The notes beneath the pieces were generated by a model, which ran no database searches, was not told the DNA's origin, and worked only from the letters and a program-made list of their open reading frames with translations. 64,000 nucleotides of DNA from Bdellovibrionales bacterium (GTDB lineage Bacteria > Bdellovibrionota > Bdellovibrionia > Bdellovibrionales > JAMPXM01): the NCBI GenBank assembly GCA_043739185.1, contig JAYUEN010000155.1:52962-116961 (forward strand), given 5' to 3'. Both the position numbers and the translations under genes were made by a program. Position 1 is the stretch's first letter, and each line of letters starts with the position of its first letter. Below, in pieces: positions 1 through 11,047 of this stretch.

Positions 1-723
1 TTCTCTGTCGATAGTTCGAAAACGCTGTTGATGAATATCACGGGCGATTACAAGCACGATGAGCGCAAAGATCAGGTTCACTTGAGTCACTCATATGAAG
101 TTAAAATCCCATACACCGAAGTACATACCGAGAAGAAACGCGAGCCTCCGCACGATGTGCTTGGTCAGACCCTTGCAGTCTTGGGCGCCTTTGCAGTTTT
201 GGGTGATACCTATTCGACAAGCATCGATAACAAAGATGGAACTGAAACAATAACTGAGCATAAAGTGAGGCTTGAGCCTCGAATTTATGAATATTCAGCT
301 ACGCAATATTCACAGAGTTTTAAACTAGGCTTCAATACAGAGGCAACTTTAGAAAAAGCCAGATTTAGTTTCAACTATCAAAGCGAAAAGCAGAACAAAA
401 GTATTGAACACCATAATGATTTGCCATCAATTGGATTGTTCCCTGCAGCGGCTAAGCTCCTAAGTAACCATGACTTTATTTCAGAGAGTACAATCGCAAT
501 GAAAACGCAGTTTACTTTAAAAGCAAAAGATCAGTGGAAGGAACAATTTTGCAGGCTCACAAATTCAGACTACAAGCTCACTGATTATTCTGAAGCAGTT
601 TTACGTTGTTTGTATGCTGATTTGAATCCGGTGCCGGATTTTGTGGATGATTGGTTTTTAAAGAATTTTGGTCTTAAGACGGCAGAGGCGCGTAAACGAA
701 TGCAGATTGGCTTTGTGAATTAA
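1..723 (+). CDS. Hypothetical protein, 5'-truncated by the window edge
   Basis: The frame is open back to base 1 and ends at TAA 721-723, followed by a hairpin. No recognisable motif. Confidence 0.6.
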   Translation, partial: FSVDSSKTLLMNITGDYKHDERKDQVHLSHSYEVKIPYTEVHTEKKREPPHDVLGQTLAVLGAFAVLGDTYSTSIDNKDGTETITEHKVRLEPRIYEYSATQYSQSFKLGFNTEATLEKARFSFNYQSEKQNKSIEHHNDLPSIGLFPAAAKLLSNHDFISESTIAMKTQFTLKAKDQWKEQFCRLTNSDYKLTDYSEAVLRCLYADLNPVPDFVDDWFLKNFGLKTAEARKRMQIGFVN

Positions 724-727
724 AAAT

Positions 728-750
728 TGGGCCCTTAGGGCCCAGTGTTT
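728..750. terminator. Probable bidirectional intrinsic terminator
   Basis: TGGGCCC-TTA-GGGCCCA hairpin with an A-run on the left and a T-rich run on the right, between convergent genes. Confidence 0.7.
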
Positions 751-1247
751 TATCGGACGGCAGCTAAGGCTGCGGCGTAATTTGGCTCATCGGCAATTTC
801 AGCCACCTGTTCAGTATGTAAGACTTTATTGTCTGTTGAAAGTACGACAATAGCGCGAGAAAGCAGGCCATTGAGAACTGAATCTGTAAATTCAAGACCC
901 CAATCTTTACCAAAAGTGCTGCGAAAGGTAGATAGAGAATCGCAGTTATTGATGCCTTCAGCACCGCAAAATCTCTTCATTGCAAAAGGTAAATCAGCAG
1001 CGATATTAAGAACCACAACATTTTTAAGTTTAGTGGCTTCTTCGTTAAATTTACGCACAGAAGTGGCACAGGTTGGAGTGTCAATACTCGGGAAAATATT
1101 TAGGATTTTAAATTTTCCATCGTAGGTTTTTAAAGTGACTTCAGATAAATCAGTTTTTACTAATTTAAAATCCTTAGCAGTCGTTCCTTTCGCCGGAAGT
1201 TGACCACTGGTATGCACAGGGCTGCCTTTAAGTGTGACGGTTGCCAT
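750..1247 (-). CDS. tpx: Thiol peroxidase (atypical 2-Cys peroxiredoxin)
   Basis: FPSIDTPTCATSVRKFN, DLPFAMKRFCGAEG and C-terminal EIADEPNYAAAL motifs. AGGAG RBS. Confidence 0.95.
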   Translation of the reverse strand: MATVTLKGSPVHTSGQLPAKGTTAKDFKLVKTDLSEVTLKTYDGKFKILNIFPSIDTPTCATSVRKFNEEATKLKNVVVLNIAADLPFAMKRFCGAEGINNCDSLSTFRSTFGKDWGLEFTDSVLNGLLSRAIVVLSTDNKVLHTEQVAEIADEPNYAAALAAVR

Positions 1248-1320
1248 TGAGACTCCTTTTTTTTGGTTTTAGGTTTTGCAAGCTTAACTGCGAAGAAGGA
1301 AGCCGTCTAGTTTTTAAAGC

Positions 1321-1350
1321 AAAAAAAAGGCAGACTTTGCAGTCTGCCTT
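1321..1350 (-). terminator. Rho-independent terminator of the large repeat-protein gene
   Basis: AAGGCAGACT-TTGC-AGTCTGCCTT 10-bp stem with a poly-A run on + (poly-U on -). Confidence 0.85.
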
Positions 1351-1376
1351 AACGGGATCTTCAAAATTTCTTAGAA

Positions 1377-4300
1377 TTACTTAGCGCCTGGACAATTTGC
1401 GATTGCAGTGCTTTCGCAAACTCCGAATCCATTTGGGTTAGCTCGTGCGCAAGCTTTTACTGCGATATTATAAGCAGACTTCAAGTCTGACGCTGGACCG
1501 CTTGGGTATTGCTTACCATTCGGGCCGGTCGCTACACACGAAGCTGGTGGTGGCGGCGGTGGCGGAGGAGGTGGTGGCGCATTCACATAGTCACAGCTTA
1601 AGAAATCAGTATTGCTACAGTCGTTTACATCTGTTCCGTCAGCAGTCACACAATTTGAGATCGCGCGATTGCGAGCTTTATCTGTGTCAAAGCTTTGAAA
1701 GTTAAACGATGTAGATACGTTCGGTACTGTTACACTACACATCATTGGATTCAAAACTGAATTGTCCAATGCAACACAAGTAACATTGTCTGGGCTTGAA
1801 CAAGCGTCGACATCTGTTGTTGCGTCATCAGCAATACAAATTTGTTGCGCCATTTGTGAAGCGTAGTCAGCATCGCGACCTTTTCTGATAAAGGTCACAG
1901 GGTTTCCGTCAGCATCAGTACTGCTCGTTGAACAGCTTACGACTGGGGCATAAGAAATACCATCATCGCAAGACAAATTCGCTTTACACTCAGTCGCATT
2001 GGCACTTGTACTAGCCGTACAATGATTGATTGCCCTTTGCGAAGCAGTTCCCGAATCAGGAGCGACCCCAACGAATTTAAGATCGCCACTGAAGGTACGG
2101 CAAGTCACATTTACAACTGGCATTGGCGGTGGAGCTGGTTCTTCGTAAACTATGTTTGAAGACACATGTTCGCGAACATCAGCCGCTTGCTCAAGAGCAA
2201 CGATTGCATTTAAGATTGCAATCCCGGTAGCAACGGGCGAATAATCCGTAACCGTAGGTACGAATACATCTGAATTGTATGGGCTCTCAAGATCAAGACG
2301 ACCTTTGAAGGCAACATGCAAGCTTCCACGATCTACGAAACCTTCAACCATAACTTGTCCGCCACCTAAATTACGGTAGTGGTTGATTACGATATCATTT
2401 GGTCCGAAGTAGAATCGACCAGAAACATAGTTTGAGATTTGCGCATTGAGTTTATCTGTTAAAACCTCAAGAGCAGTTCGGTAGTAAGTGTGGCGATAGT
2501 AGCTCATTCCACTCACTTCAATTGCTAAGTCACGCATTGTATCGGTAGGATAAAATACGCGAGCATAACGGAATGGGCGGATTGGATAGCTATAGCAATA
2601 TGAATCGCCATAGTACTGACAATAGAAAGCATGATTATCAGAGTCGTCAAACATCCATAAAACCAGTGGGTTCCAGAAATGTTCATGGATTCGGATGTCA
2701 ACGCGTACTGGGTAAGCGTATCCACCACGAAAACCGTGATCGTAATAACTGCTGTAATATTGACGATAAGTTTTTGTTGGTTCGTTGTAATAGTTATTGT
2801 AAACACGTGAACGCTCAACAACTACGTTTTGATAATTATTTACATAAACATTAGTCACATGCGTAATGTTTTTTGTGATGGTAACACTGGTCACATCGGT
2901 CTTATTGATAATGCGATTGTGCATTTCTTCAGAGCGAATATGTCCATCATGAATATTTTGTTGAGTTTCATGATTGGCCATATGACTTGGTACCGCGACA
3001 CCTGCAACTACGATAACTGGCTTTTCAATAATTTTAACAGGTACGACAACTTTAACTCGAACATTTGGATCAAATCCAATTCTCACTCCGCCTACAACTT
3101 TCAATTCAACTACTGGAGCCGAATGAACAGGGGCCGCAATAACTGGCTTGTCTTCGCGTCTTGCTTGTCGGTTTTCATATTCTTTTTTGTTGTGCTCAAT
3201 TACTTTAGCTTGAGCAGCACTTACAGTTTGATTTGGGTTTTGGCTCGCTTGAATGATTTGAGTTTTTTGCAAAACTATCACTTCTCTTTGCTTTTGAACT
3301 GCAACTACTTCTTTTTTCTGAACAGCAGCAACTTCAACTTCAGCAGCTTTTACTTCTTTTGCTTGCTTTACTTCAGCTGATTTTACGGGCTCAGCAATGC
3401 GTGTTTTTGCTTTCGCTCGCTCCTGATCAGCTTTTGCTCTTTCTTCTGCAATTTGCTGAGGTGTCTTAACCACTACTGGGTTTTGCGATTGAGCTTGAAC
3501 TTGAATAGCCTTGCGTTCTTGGGCTTTTTGAGCCGCAATTTGCTTAGCTTTTTCGTCCGCAGCTTTTTGCGCAGCCTCTTCTTTTGCGCGCTGAGCTTCG
3601 ATGGTTTTTGCATCATTGGCTCTTTGTGCAGCTTCATGCGCTATTTTTTGAGCTTCTTGATCCTTTTGTGCACGTTCAATTGCCGCTTGTGCTGGTGTTT
3701 GGTTTTGTGCAGTTTTTAATTTATCTGCAACACTGGCTTTGTCTTCAGCTTTAGCAACGATTACTGGCGGTGGTCCTACTGGATTCTGCGGAGCAGGCTT
3801 ACGATTTGCCTTATCCTGTGCTTCTCGAGCAGCTTTGTCAGCAACAGCTTTATCAGCAGCAGCTTTATCAGCTTTAGCTTTTGCTTCTTGAGCAATCTTG
3901 TCTTTTGCAGCTTGTTCAGCTTTCACTTTATCTTGCGCGGCTTTATCTGAAGCGGCCTTATCAGCGGCAGCTTTATCTTTAGCAGCTTGTTCAGCTTTCA
4001 CTCTATCTTGAGCGGCTTTATCTGAAGCGGCCTTATCAGAGGCAGCTTTATCTTTAGCAGCTTGTTCAGCTTTCAATTTATCTTGCGCGGCTTTGTCTGA
4101 AGCGGCCTTATCAGAGGCAGCTTTAGCTTGTGCGTCTGCTTGAGCTTTACGTTGAGCTTCGGCTTGGGCTTGAGCTTGGGCCTTGGCTTGTGCATCTTGT
4201 TGGGCTTTAGCTTGCGCTTCGGCTTGGGCTTTACGTTGCGCTTCGGCTTGAGCTTGTGCTTGAGCCTTAGCCTGTGCGTCTTGTTGGGCTTTAGCTTGCG

Positions 4301-4667
4301 CTTCGGCTTGGGCTTTACGTTGCGCTTCGGCTTGAGCTTGTGCTTGAGCACGAGCCTGTGCATCTGCTTGAGCACGTGCTTGTGCATCTGCTTGAGCTTT
4401 GCGTTGTGCTTCTGCCTGGGCTTGTGCTTGGGCGCGAGCCTGTGCTTCGGCCTGAGCTTTAGCTTGTGCTTGAGCTTCGGCCTGTGCCTTCGCTCTTGCT
4501 TCGGCTTCAGCTTTCGCTTTGGCTTCGGCTTCAGCTTTCGCTTTTGCGGCGGCCTGGTCTTGCGCCGGAGTAGTAGCTCCAAATGCTGAGCTTGATGGCA
4601 GAGATGATGCGATCATCGAAACTGCAATCAAGGCTATCAGAAATGGAGATTTTAAGTTTTTCTTCAT
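1377..4667 (-). CDS. Large secreted protein: TolA-like Ala/Gln/Lys repeat stalk, Tyr-rich middle domain, Cys-rich C-terminal repeats
   Basis: Signal peptide, 28-aa and 25-aa tandem repeats, about four C-terminal modules with conserved Cys spacing, poly-Pro linker. AAGGA RBS. Confidence 0.85.
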   Translation of the reverse strand: MKKNLKSPFLIALIAVSMIASSLPSSSAFGATTPAQDQAAAKAKAEAEAKAKAEAEARAKAQAEAQAQAKAQAEAQARAQAQAQAEAQRKAQADAQARAQADAQARAQAQAQAEAQRKAQAEAQAKAQQDAQAKAQAQAQAEAQRKAQAEAQAKAQQDAQAKAQAQAQAEAQRKAQADAQAKAASDKAASDKAAQDKLKAEQAAKDKAASDKAASDKAAQDRVKAEQAAKDKAAADKAASDKAAQDKVKAEQAAKDKIAQEAKAKADKAAADKAVADKAAREAQDKANRKPAPQNPVGPPPVIVAKAEDKASVADKLKTAQNQTPAQAAIERAQKDQEAQKIAHEAAQRANDAKTIEAQRAKEEAAQKAADEKAKQIAAQKAQERKAIQVQAQSQNPVVVKTPQQIAEERAKADQERAKAKTRIAEPVKSAEVKQAKEVKAAEVEVAAVQKKEVVAVQKQREVIVLQKTQIIQASQNPNQTVSAAQAKVIEHNKKEYENRQARREDKPVIAAPVHSAPVVELKVVGGVRIGFDPNVRVKVVVPVKIIEKPVIVVAGVAVPSHMANHETQQNIHDGHIRSEEMHNRIINKTDVTSVTITKNITHVTNVYVNNYQNVVVERSRVYNNYYNEPTKTYRQYYSSYYDHGFRGGYAYPVRVDIRIHEHFWNPLVLWMFDDSDNHAFYCQYYGDSYCYSYPIRPFRYARVFYPTDTMRDLAIEVSGMSYYRHTYYRTALEVLTDKLNAQISNYVSGRFYFGPNDIVINHYRNLGGGQVMVEGFVDRGSLHVAFKGRLDLESPYNSDVFVPTVTDYSPVATGIAILNAIVALEQAADVREHVSSNIVYEEPAPPPMPVVNVTCRTFSGDLKFVGVAPDSGTASQRAINHCTASTSANATECKANLSCDDGISYAPVVSCSTSSTDADGNPVTFIRKGRDADYASQMAQQICIADDATTDVDACSSPDNVTCVALDNSVLNPMMCSVTVPNVSTSFNFQSFDTDKARNRAISNCVTADGTDVNDCSNTDFLSCDYVNAPPPPPPPPPPPASCVATGPNGKQYPSGPASDLKSAYNIAVKACARANPNGFGVCESTAIANCPGAK
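3900..4450 (-). repeat. Intragenic tandem repeats (about 3x84 nt and 3x75 nt)
   Basis: [32 protein letters not shown] unit x3 and [29 protein letters not shown] unit x3. Boundaries approximate. Confidence 0.85.
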
Positions 4668-5109
4668 TTTCGTATCCTTTTCTTTGTTAGGTTTGTGAAC
4701 GCGAAAATAAATTAAATCTGAAAAAATTCAGATTCCATTTTGTCTCCACATTCGATCTCGTGTGGGTCTCATAGCAGGATCTGTACCAAAGCTTTTTTGC
4801 CATTAAAAGTGGCTTGGAATGGCTGGCGACAAATATAAGCGGGAATGGGCTCTCGATTTGTAAAAAATGCATGGGCTTCAAAACTGGTGGCAAAAAGAAA
4901 TTTTGGTGCAATGAATTCATGAAAGGTGTCAATTTGGAATCAGATTATCAGTGATTCATTTTGGGGATTCTTTTTAAAGATTTTTGAATTTCGTGATAAC
5001 TATAAGCTGGATCATTAGACTGTAAGATTTGAAAAACATCAGTATAAAGAGTGCAGTTTTTGAATTTGCACAGTGTAGTACCCCATTTTTTAGTTGTCGA
5101 GGAAACCAA

Positions 5110-6171
5110 ATGAATTCAATTCCAAGCTCCACTATAGCTCTCACTCAAACTGTGCAAAAAGGTGGTTGTGCCGCCAAAGTTGCCGCCAGCGAACTCAGAA
5201 AAATTTTAAAACAAGTTAAATTCCCGAAAGCTCATCCAGCTTTATTGATAGATGGCGGGCTATTTGATGATGCCGCCATTTACAAAGTCACAGATGAAAT
5301 TGCCTTAGTTCAGACTTTGGATTTCTTTACTCCTATATTAGATACTCCAAAATATTTTGGTGCAGTTGCCGCGGCCAATGCTCTGAGTGATGTTTATGCG
5401 ATGGGAGGACGACCTAAAACTGCAATGGGCATTTTAGCCTTTCCGGTAGCAAGCATGAGTGATCAAATTATCGTTGATATTATGCAGGCCGCGAGTGACA
5501 AAATTGCAGAAGCCGGCGCTAATTTTGTAGGTGGGCATTCAATAGATGATGATACTTTGAAGTTTGGTTTATCAGTAACCGGTTTTGTACATCCAAATAA
5601 AGTATGGAGTAATGCCGGTGCAAAAGTAGGTGACCATTTGATTTTAACCAAAGCCTTAGGTACGGGAGCGATGACTGCGGGCCTTAAGCGCCAAGCACTG
5701 CGAGAAAGTGAAATCCTTGAAGCAATTGAAAGTATGTCCCTCTTGAATAATTGCGTTGATTTTATAACTCCAAATTTAGAAGCTGCAATTCATGCAGCAA
5801 CTGACATAACTGGCTTCGGAATTTCAGGCCACAGTATGCAGCTTGCCATCGCAAGTAAAGTGAGCTTGAACCTAAAGCTAAGCGCGATGCCAGTGTTTTC
5901 AAAAACCAGATATTGCTTAGAGCAGGGATTTATCACCAAAGCACATCGTACCAATCGTGAATACACTGAGAAGCATATCAAGCTTAATACTCTCGATAAG
6001 ATTTCAGAACTGATTATACATGATCCGCAAACCAGCGGAGGAATGTTGCTTGCCGTAGACCCAACAATGAGTTCTCAAATTTTGGCTGCCCTTAAAAAAC
6101 AATTTAAAGTTGCCGAATTGGTCGGCGAAGTCATTTCACTGCAAGAGTTTAAGGTGAATTTTGAAGCTTGA
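5110..6171 (+). CDS. selD: Selenide, water dikinase (selenophosphate synthetase), Cys-type
   Basis: GGCAAK, DDAAIY, QTLDFFTP, ANALSDVYAMGG, GGHS, TDITGFG and DPQTSGG motifs. ATG 5110 follows GAGGA. Confidence 0.95.
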   Translation: MNSIPSSTIALTQTVQKGGCAAKVAASELRKILKQVKFPKAHPALLIDGGLFDDAAIYKVTDEIALVQTLDFFTPILDTPKYFGAVAAANALSDVYAMGGRPKTAMGILAFPVASMSDQIIVDIMQAASDKIAEAGANFVGGHSIDDDTLKFGLSVTGFVHPNKVWSNAGAKVGDHLILTKALGTGAMTAGLKRQALRESEILEAIESMSLLNNCVDFITPNLEAAIHAATDITGFGISGHSMQLAIASKVSLNLKLSAMPVFSKTRYCLEQGFITKAHRTNREYTEKHIKLNTLDKISELIIHDPQTSGGMLLAVDPTMSSQILAALKKQFKVAELVGEVISLQEFKVNFEA

Positions 6172-7267
6172 GACTTTGGGTGAATCGCATTTTGAAAAAC
6201 TCATTAGGGAAAAGACTCCTTTAATTGATGTTCGGGCGCCGGTTGAGTTTGCATTGGGTAGTATTCCAAATGCTATCAATATTCCAATCTTAGATGATGA
6301 ACAGAGAGCATTGGTTGGAACCGAATACAAAGTGAATGGATCTGAAGCAGCACTTCGTTTAGGACATGAACTTGTTTCGGGTGATTTGAAGAAGCAGAGA
6401 TTAAACGCCTGGAGTGAATTTGTTGGTTCAAACCCAAGCAGTATTCTCTTTTGTTTTCGGGGAGGAAAGCGTTCACAAATTTCTCAGGAATGGTTGGCAG
6501 AAGCTGGCGTAAATCTGGCACGTATTGAGGGCGGATATAAGAAATTTCGCAACTATCTGATGCAGGCAATTGAGGACTTTTCTGTAGCACAAAATTTTTT
6601 GCCAGTAGCTGGCCCCACTGGAAGTGGAAAAACCATTCTGATAAATGAGTTGCGAGGGCTTTATCCAGCCATTGACCTTGAGGGTCTAGCCAATCATCGC
6701 GGATCGGCCTTTGGCTCGATGAATTCGCCTCAACCCACGCAAATTAATTTTGAAAATAATCTGGGTGCTGAATTGATTATACTCAAGCATCGATGGGGCA
6801 ATAAAGCGACGCCATTGTTCGAAGACGAAAGTCGACTCATAGGAAAAAGCGTTTTGCCCAAACTATTTTTTGAAAAATTAAACGCCTCACCAATTATTTT
6901 AGTCGAAGAAGAGTTGCGTGTTCGGGTGCAAAATATTTTTAAGGATTATATTTTGGATTCAGCGATTGCAGGGGAGGACAGCGGGAAGGCCCAGTCAGTT
7001 TTTGCGAGGTATCGCAAATCTCTCTTGGCAATTAGTAAGAAATTAGGCGGCGAAAGAACCACTGAAGTTCTTGGGCTATTAAATTTTAGTGAGAGCCAAT
7101 TTCTACAAAATAAATCTCTTGAATCCAATCGAGCATGGATAGAAAAACTCTTGATCTACTATTACGATCCACTTTATCTTGCGAGTTTGGAGCGCAGAAA
7201 ATTGCAAATCGTTTTCAAAGGAAAGCGCAAAGACTGTTTTGATTATTTGAAAAATCAAATCAAGTAA
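6161..7267 (+). CDS. mnmH: tRNA 2-selenouridine synthase (SelU/MnmH)
   Basis: Rhodanese domain IDVRAPVEF...CFRGGKRS, P-loop GPTGSGKT, DLEGLANHRGSAFG, YYDPLY. Overlaps selD. Confidence 0.93.
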   Translation: MKLETLGESHFEKLIREKTPLIDVRAPVEFALGSIPNAINIPILDDEQRALVGTEYKVNGSEAALRLGHELVSGDLKKQRLNAWSEFVGSNPSSILFCFRGGKRSQISQEWLAEAGVNLARIEGGYKKFRNYLMQAIEDFSVAQNFLPVAGPTGSGKTILINELRGLYPAIDLEGLANHRGSAFGSMNSPQPTQINFENNLGAELIILKHRWGNKATPLFEDESRLIGKSVLPKLFFEKLNASPIILVEEELRVRVQNIFKDYILDSAIAGEDSGKAQSVFARYRKSLLAISKKLGGERTTEVLGLLNFSESQFLQNKSLESNRAWIEKLLIYYYDPLYLASLERRKLQIVFKGKRKDCFDYLKNQIK

Positions 7268-7295
7268 AGGCCTTAGATAAAATATTAATGATCAC

Positions 7296-8390
7296 TTAGG
7301 GATGCCCTTGTCTACTTTTTTGCGAGGCCGTGTTTAAAGGGCGAACAGGTGCGTGTTCATCTTCATCATTTAGCCCTGAGCAATTCATAATTCCGTGAGG
7401 CATAACCAAAGGAACATTGATATCATCAAGCGCGAGGCCCCGATCTATGGCGTCTACACCAGTGCGTCCTTCAAACAGATTACTAATTAAAAAGCTTAAC
7501 ACGCCAATTCCGTCGGGCGGCTCTTCTTTGCTCTTTAAGAGAAAATCCATAATCAAATAAAAATATCTTAAAGTGGCAGAGCGTGCGAGTACTGCAGTTG
7601 ACTTCAAGGCATCTTCTTTAAATTCTTCACTGGGCAAAAACTGTGCAATCACGCGCTTTATGAGATCAAGAGGATTGCCGATCCAAATGTCATCGCGAAA
7701 GTCTGCGATCGCATGCGTACAAGTAGGAATTCGAGTGTCTCGCGAGCGTCCATAGTAGCAAACATTAATTAGATTGTGATCTTCGTTGTCGTCTTCGCGT
7801 TTTGTATGTGCATTTGAAAAAGAGTCCTGAATGGTATGAGAAGCATGGCCAAAGAGAAACAGGGCGCTTCGAATTTTACCAAGATGCCAAAGGTTGAGAC
7901 CGTCGACGCTGCTTTTAATAATGTTTGCGCGTGCCGTTTCGCAGGTTTTTCTCTGAGAAACTAAGATGTCGCCATCATCTATATTACGTAAGAAATGCAA
8001 TACCTGAACGCTTGGATTATTGGTCCAGCTTCCTTTGTAATCGTGATACCAGTTTGGTAAATTGAAATATTCGACCAAATTAAAAGGTAGGTCTGTTGCA
8101 TAATTCCCTCTGATAATTGCATTTTCGGTGGTCAAACCACTGGCGCCGATGAAACTGACTTCTTTCTCGGTTAGTATTTCGGGGCTTAAGTTATCTAGAT
8201 TGATGTTTTTTGATTTGAAATACTTGTCCAAAAGGACCAAGCTTTGCCGGGTGATTTCCTCGTGGCCACTGGTGACTCCGGTCACTATTCCTATTGGTAA
8301 AATCGGAATGTCCACTGGGATAGACACGGTAAATGCAGAGGCAAACTGGCAAAAAACCAAAACACAAAACAATATTGAAAAGGATCTCAT
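7296..8390 (-). CDS. Secreted putative Zn-dependent hydrolase (phospholipase C / Het-C-like fold)
   Basis: Signal peptide MRSFSILF...ASA. GHEEIT, LHF and GHASHTIQDSFSNAH His/Asp motifs. Confidence 0.55.
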   Translation of the reverse strand: MRSFSILFCVLVFCQFASAFTVSIPVDIPILPIGIVTGVTSGHEEITRQSLVLLDKYFKSKNINLDNLSPEILTEKEVSFIGASGLTTENAIIRGNYATDLPFNLVEYFNLPNWYHDYKGSWTNNPSVQVLHFLRNIDDGDILVSQRKTCETARANIIKSSVDGLNLWHLGKIRSALFLFGHASHTIQDSFSNAHTKREDDNEDHNLINVCYYGRSRDTRIPTCTHAIADFRDDIWIGNPLDLIKRVIAQFLPSEEFKEDALKSTAVLARSATLRYFYLIMDFLLKSKEEPPDGIGVLSFLISNLFEGRTGVDAIDRGLALDDINVPLVMPHGIMNCSGLNDEDEHAPVRPLNTASQKSRQGHP

Positions 8391-8582
8391 GCTAGGATTC
8401 CTAGCAGGCCTTGTGCCACTGGATCTTAGGATTAGTGGCTTTTTAACTGCCCTTAATATAAAGCCAATTCTCTTTTTCAATAACCTCAGCTTTTATTACT
8501 ATGAAAGGATTATAATCCAGGTGACTATATATGTAATTTCGGCATGGTTTCTGTCGTCGGCTTTAAGTTAAGGGAGAATCTT

Positions 8583-8924
8583 ATGGGAAGTATTTTTTTA
8601 CTCTTCGGATCTAATATTTTTATGACATTTGCATGGTACGGACATTTAAAAAACCTAAGGGATAAGCCACTTTATATTGCCATTTTGGTTAGTTGGGGAA
8701 TTGCACTTTTTGAGTATGTATTGCAAGTCCCGGCAAATCGTATGGGCGCAAAGATTTTTAATTTGGGACAACTCAAAATCACGCAGGAAATTATCACCAT
8801 GATTGTCTTTGCTTTGTTTTCTTATTTTTATATGAAAAAGCCTCTGACTATAAATTATCTGTGGGCCGGACTTTGTTTAATGGGGGCTGCGTTTTTTATT
8901 TTTCGCGATGGGTTGAACTCTTAA
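8583..8924 (+). CDS. DMT family small membrane protein (DUF486-like)
   Basis: SNIFMTFAWYGHLK, SWGIALFEY.LQVPANR and QLKITQE motifs. GGAGA RBS. Confidence 0.9.
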   Translation: MGSIFLLFGSNIFMTFAWYGHLKNLRDKPLYIAILVSWGIALFEYVLQVPANRMGAKIFNLGQLKITQEIITMIVFALFSYFYMKKPLTINYLWAGLCLMGAAFFIFRDGLNS

Positions 8925-8966
8925 AACTGAGTCCTTAGATTGTAAAGCTTAGATCACTATTTGGCC

Positions 8967-8995
8967 TTTACAGTTTAAGGGCCCAGTTTTATAAT
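8967..8995 (+). promoter_or_regulatory. Sigma70-like promoter overlapping a hairpin
   Basis: TTTACA-N17-TATAAT, ending 7 nt before ATG 9003. Overlaps a GGCCTTTA/TAAGGGCC stem. Confidence 0.55.
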
Positions 8996-9002
8996 TTTAA
9001 GA

Positions 9003-9686
9003 ATGAAAAATAACCTCATCGCCCTTCTTCTCTTCTTAAGCTCTTTAAGCCTATACGCAGCCGATATCAAAACCAATGCGGTTCATATGGCTGATGCACC
9101 GGATTGGGTTACTCCCGGAAGAATCAATTCGGTAGTTGAACATATCCAAAGTATTTTAGAGTGGGATATTCGCCGAATTGAAGTCACCTGGTACAAAGAC
9201 CAGGGCGCCTTCGAAAGAGTTCATGGTCTAGGGCCCTTGGTTTTGGCGATGTCGCGAAAATCTGATAATAGTGTTCACCTAGGTCCGAAAATCAAAAAAG
9301 AAAATTTCGAAGCAGTGTTTGGACATGAATTGGTGCATATTATTTCCTATCAAAAGTATAAAGAGGCTATACCCAAATGGTTAGAAGAGGGGCTGGCAAA
9401 TCATTTAAGTCATCTTGCAAAGGTTGACTACAAATGGCTTGCTGCCCATCCTGCGCCCAGCGATGTTCGTGATTTAACCCATCCATTCAGCGGGTCTGAA
9501 GATCATGTTCATTATCACTATATGGCTTCGCAAGCTTTGATGGAGATGATTGCAAGTAAATGTGATTTGGCCAACCTCTTGCGCCTAAGTGTTCGCCGAA
9601 AACTTGAAGACAAGCTCGATACGCTTTGTGGAATAAAGGATATCACGAAGGAATTTAATTTATGGGTAACGAAACGGAATCACTAA
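9003..9686 (+). CDS. Secreted peptidase MA-like zinc metalloprotease
   Basis: Signal peptide and HELVH...PKWLEEGLA gluzincin motif. Confidence 0.8.
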   Translation: MKNNLIALLLFLSSLSLYAADIKTNAVHMADAPDWVTPGRINSVVEHIQSILEWDIRRIEVTWYKDQGAFERVHGLGPLVLAMSRKSDNSVHLGPKIKKENFEAVFGHELVHIISYQKYKEAIPKWLEEGLANHLSHLAKVDYKWLAAHPAPSDVRDLTHPFSGSEDHVHYHYMASQALMEMIASKCDLANLLRLSVRRKLEDKLDTLCGIKDITKEFNLWVTKRNH

Positions 9687-9759
9687 ATCAGGTTTTTTTG
9701 TATGTTCATCGAAGAATCTCGGCACATTTTTAGAGTGCAAGGGCTTCTTGCTGTTCTCG

Positions 9760-10221
9760 CTAATCTTGTTTGGCTTTAGATTCGAGCTCTTTGATGCGTT
9801 TAACAACTTTGTTATAAGAAGCCGCTACTTCTAAAAAATAATCGCCTTTGCGAAAGCGAAGTTCCTTAAGTTCTTCGTTGTCCTGCAGAGACTCCATATG
9901 GCGAACAAGTCTATAAATAGGTCCGACGACCCTGTTCGAGATGACAATACCAAAAAAAATCAAAAGTCCTACTAAAATCATGAACATAAAGAACGCACCA
10001 ATGTCGAATTTTGAAAGTGGATCCTCACCGGCAGCATTGAGTGCGACGATTCGATCAAAAAAACTCGATGCTAAAATTCCTGACGAGAAAAATAATATCC
10101 CCATGGCCAAAGCATAACCAACAAAGACTTTTTGGATCTTTGAATTTACGATCAGTTGCCGTTTCGTCCAATTCTGACGAGATGGTTTTTTCGATTTCAC
10201 TACATTGCTATGGTCGTTCAT
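9760..10221 (-). CDS. Two-TM HAMP-like domain protein
   Basis: Two hydrophobic helices followed by SNRVVGPIYRL...RFRKGDYF.EVA..YN. Confidence 0.75.
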   Translation of the reverse strand: MNDHSNVVKSKKPSRQNWTKRQLIVNSKIQKVFVGYALAMGILFFSSGILASSFFDRIVALNAAGEDPLSKFDIGAFFMFMILVGLLIFFGIVISNRVVGPIYRLVRHMESLQDNEELKELRFRKGDYFLEVAASYNKVVKRIKELESKAKQD

Positions 10222-10343
10222 TTGTCACCCGCGTATTTCTCATATTATAAACGCATTTAAACTAAAATACTTTCAAAATCTTTTTCTACATTCTTTCAGT
10301 TAATTCTTATTGACACAGTTATCTATATAATTACTCTGAAACG

Positions 10344-10940
10344 ATGCTAATAAGAAATCTATTCTATCTATTGATCGCTTTTGTGGTTTTTTCCTCGCTG
10401 GATTCACATGCTGAGTCAAAGTCCAGTCCGATAACAAAGAAGTTAATAAAGCATCCTGTTGAAACCCAAAATCAGGTTATTTTTTTGCAAAATGATATCG
10501 ATGATATCGGGCCCGACCTAAAAAAAATTAGTTTAGCTGCAGAAGAACTAATGACCAAAAATGGATTTAAATTTGATCTACATGCGCAGGTGGCGATTCC
10601 AAAGTCCAAAAACTTCCGTCCACGTCTAAATACGAATAAAGTGGTCACTGAAAAATTGAATGTCGTAAAGTTCTTACCAGACGAGGTATCTACTATTGAT
10701 ACATACTATCTTTTAACCCTTAAGTGGACTGAACCAAAGCTTGAGAATGTTTATTATACCGCCAACCTGAGGTTTGTCTCAAAAAATCCAATTATCCCAA
10801 GTAGAACAATTTTTGAAAAAAAGTTGAGCCTGCCCATGAGTCAGCTCCCAAGCTCCGGAATGAATCAGTTTCCCCACCAGGCAATGGCTCAAAAGGTTTA
10901 TTTTGAGACCCTAGAAAGTCTTTCTGGAGAATGGAAATAA
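10344..10940 (+). CDS. Hypothetical secreted protein
   Basis: Signal peptide ending SHA. TTGACA lies upstream at 10310. Confidence 0.65.
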   Translation: MLIRNLFYLLIAFVVFSSLDSHAESKSSPITKKLIKHPVETQNQVIFLQNDIDDIGPDLKKISLAAEELMTKNGFKFDLHAQVAIPKSKNFRPRLNTNKVVTEKLNVVKFLPDEVSTIDTYYLLTLKWTEPKLENVYYTANLRFVSKNPIIPSRTIFEKKLSLPMSQLPSSGMNQFPHQAMAQKVYFETLESLSGEWK

Positions 10941-11047
10941 GAATTCTTATTTTGAGATATATTTAGATAGTTTCTTAATTGCATCCAATTTTGAACATTT
11001 AAATGAAATAACTATTGAGTGCGATCACACAATGTTATCATATTGCT

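Noticed and set aside
3900..4450. CRISPR array
   Set aside because: The repeats are contiguous, in-frame and vary at synonymous positions, with no unique spacers and no cas genes.
4073..4589. Lys/Pro-rich 169-aa and Cys/Leu/Ser-rich 153-aa ORFs
   Set aside because: Alternate-frame shadows of the Ala/Gln repeat region of the 1096-aa gene.
5029..5200. Selenocysteine recoding in selD, or a Sec machinery locus
   Set aside because: The active-site codon is TGT (Cys, GGCAAK) with no in-frame TGA. No selA, selB or tRNA-Sec is seen. selD-mnmH is the ordinary selenouridine pair.
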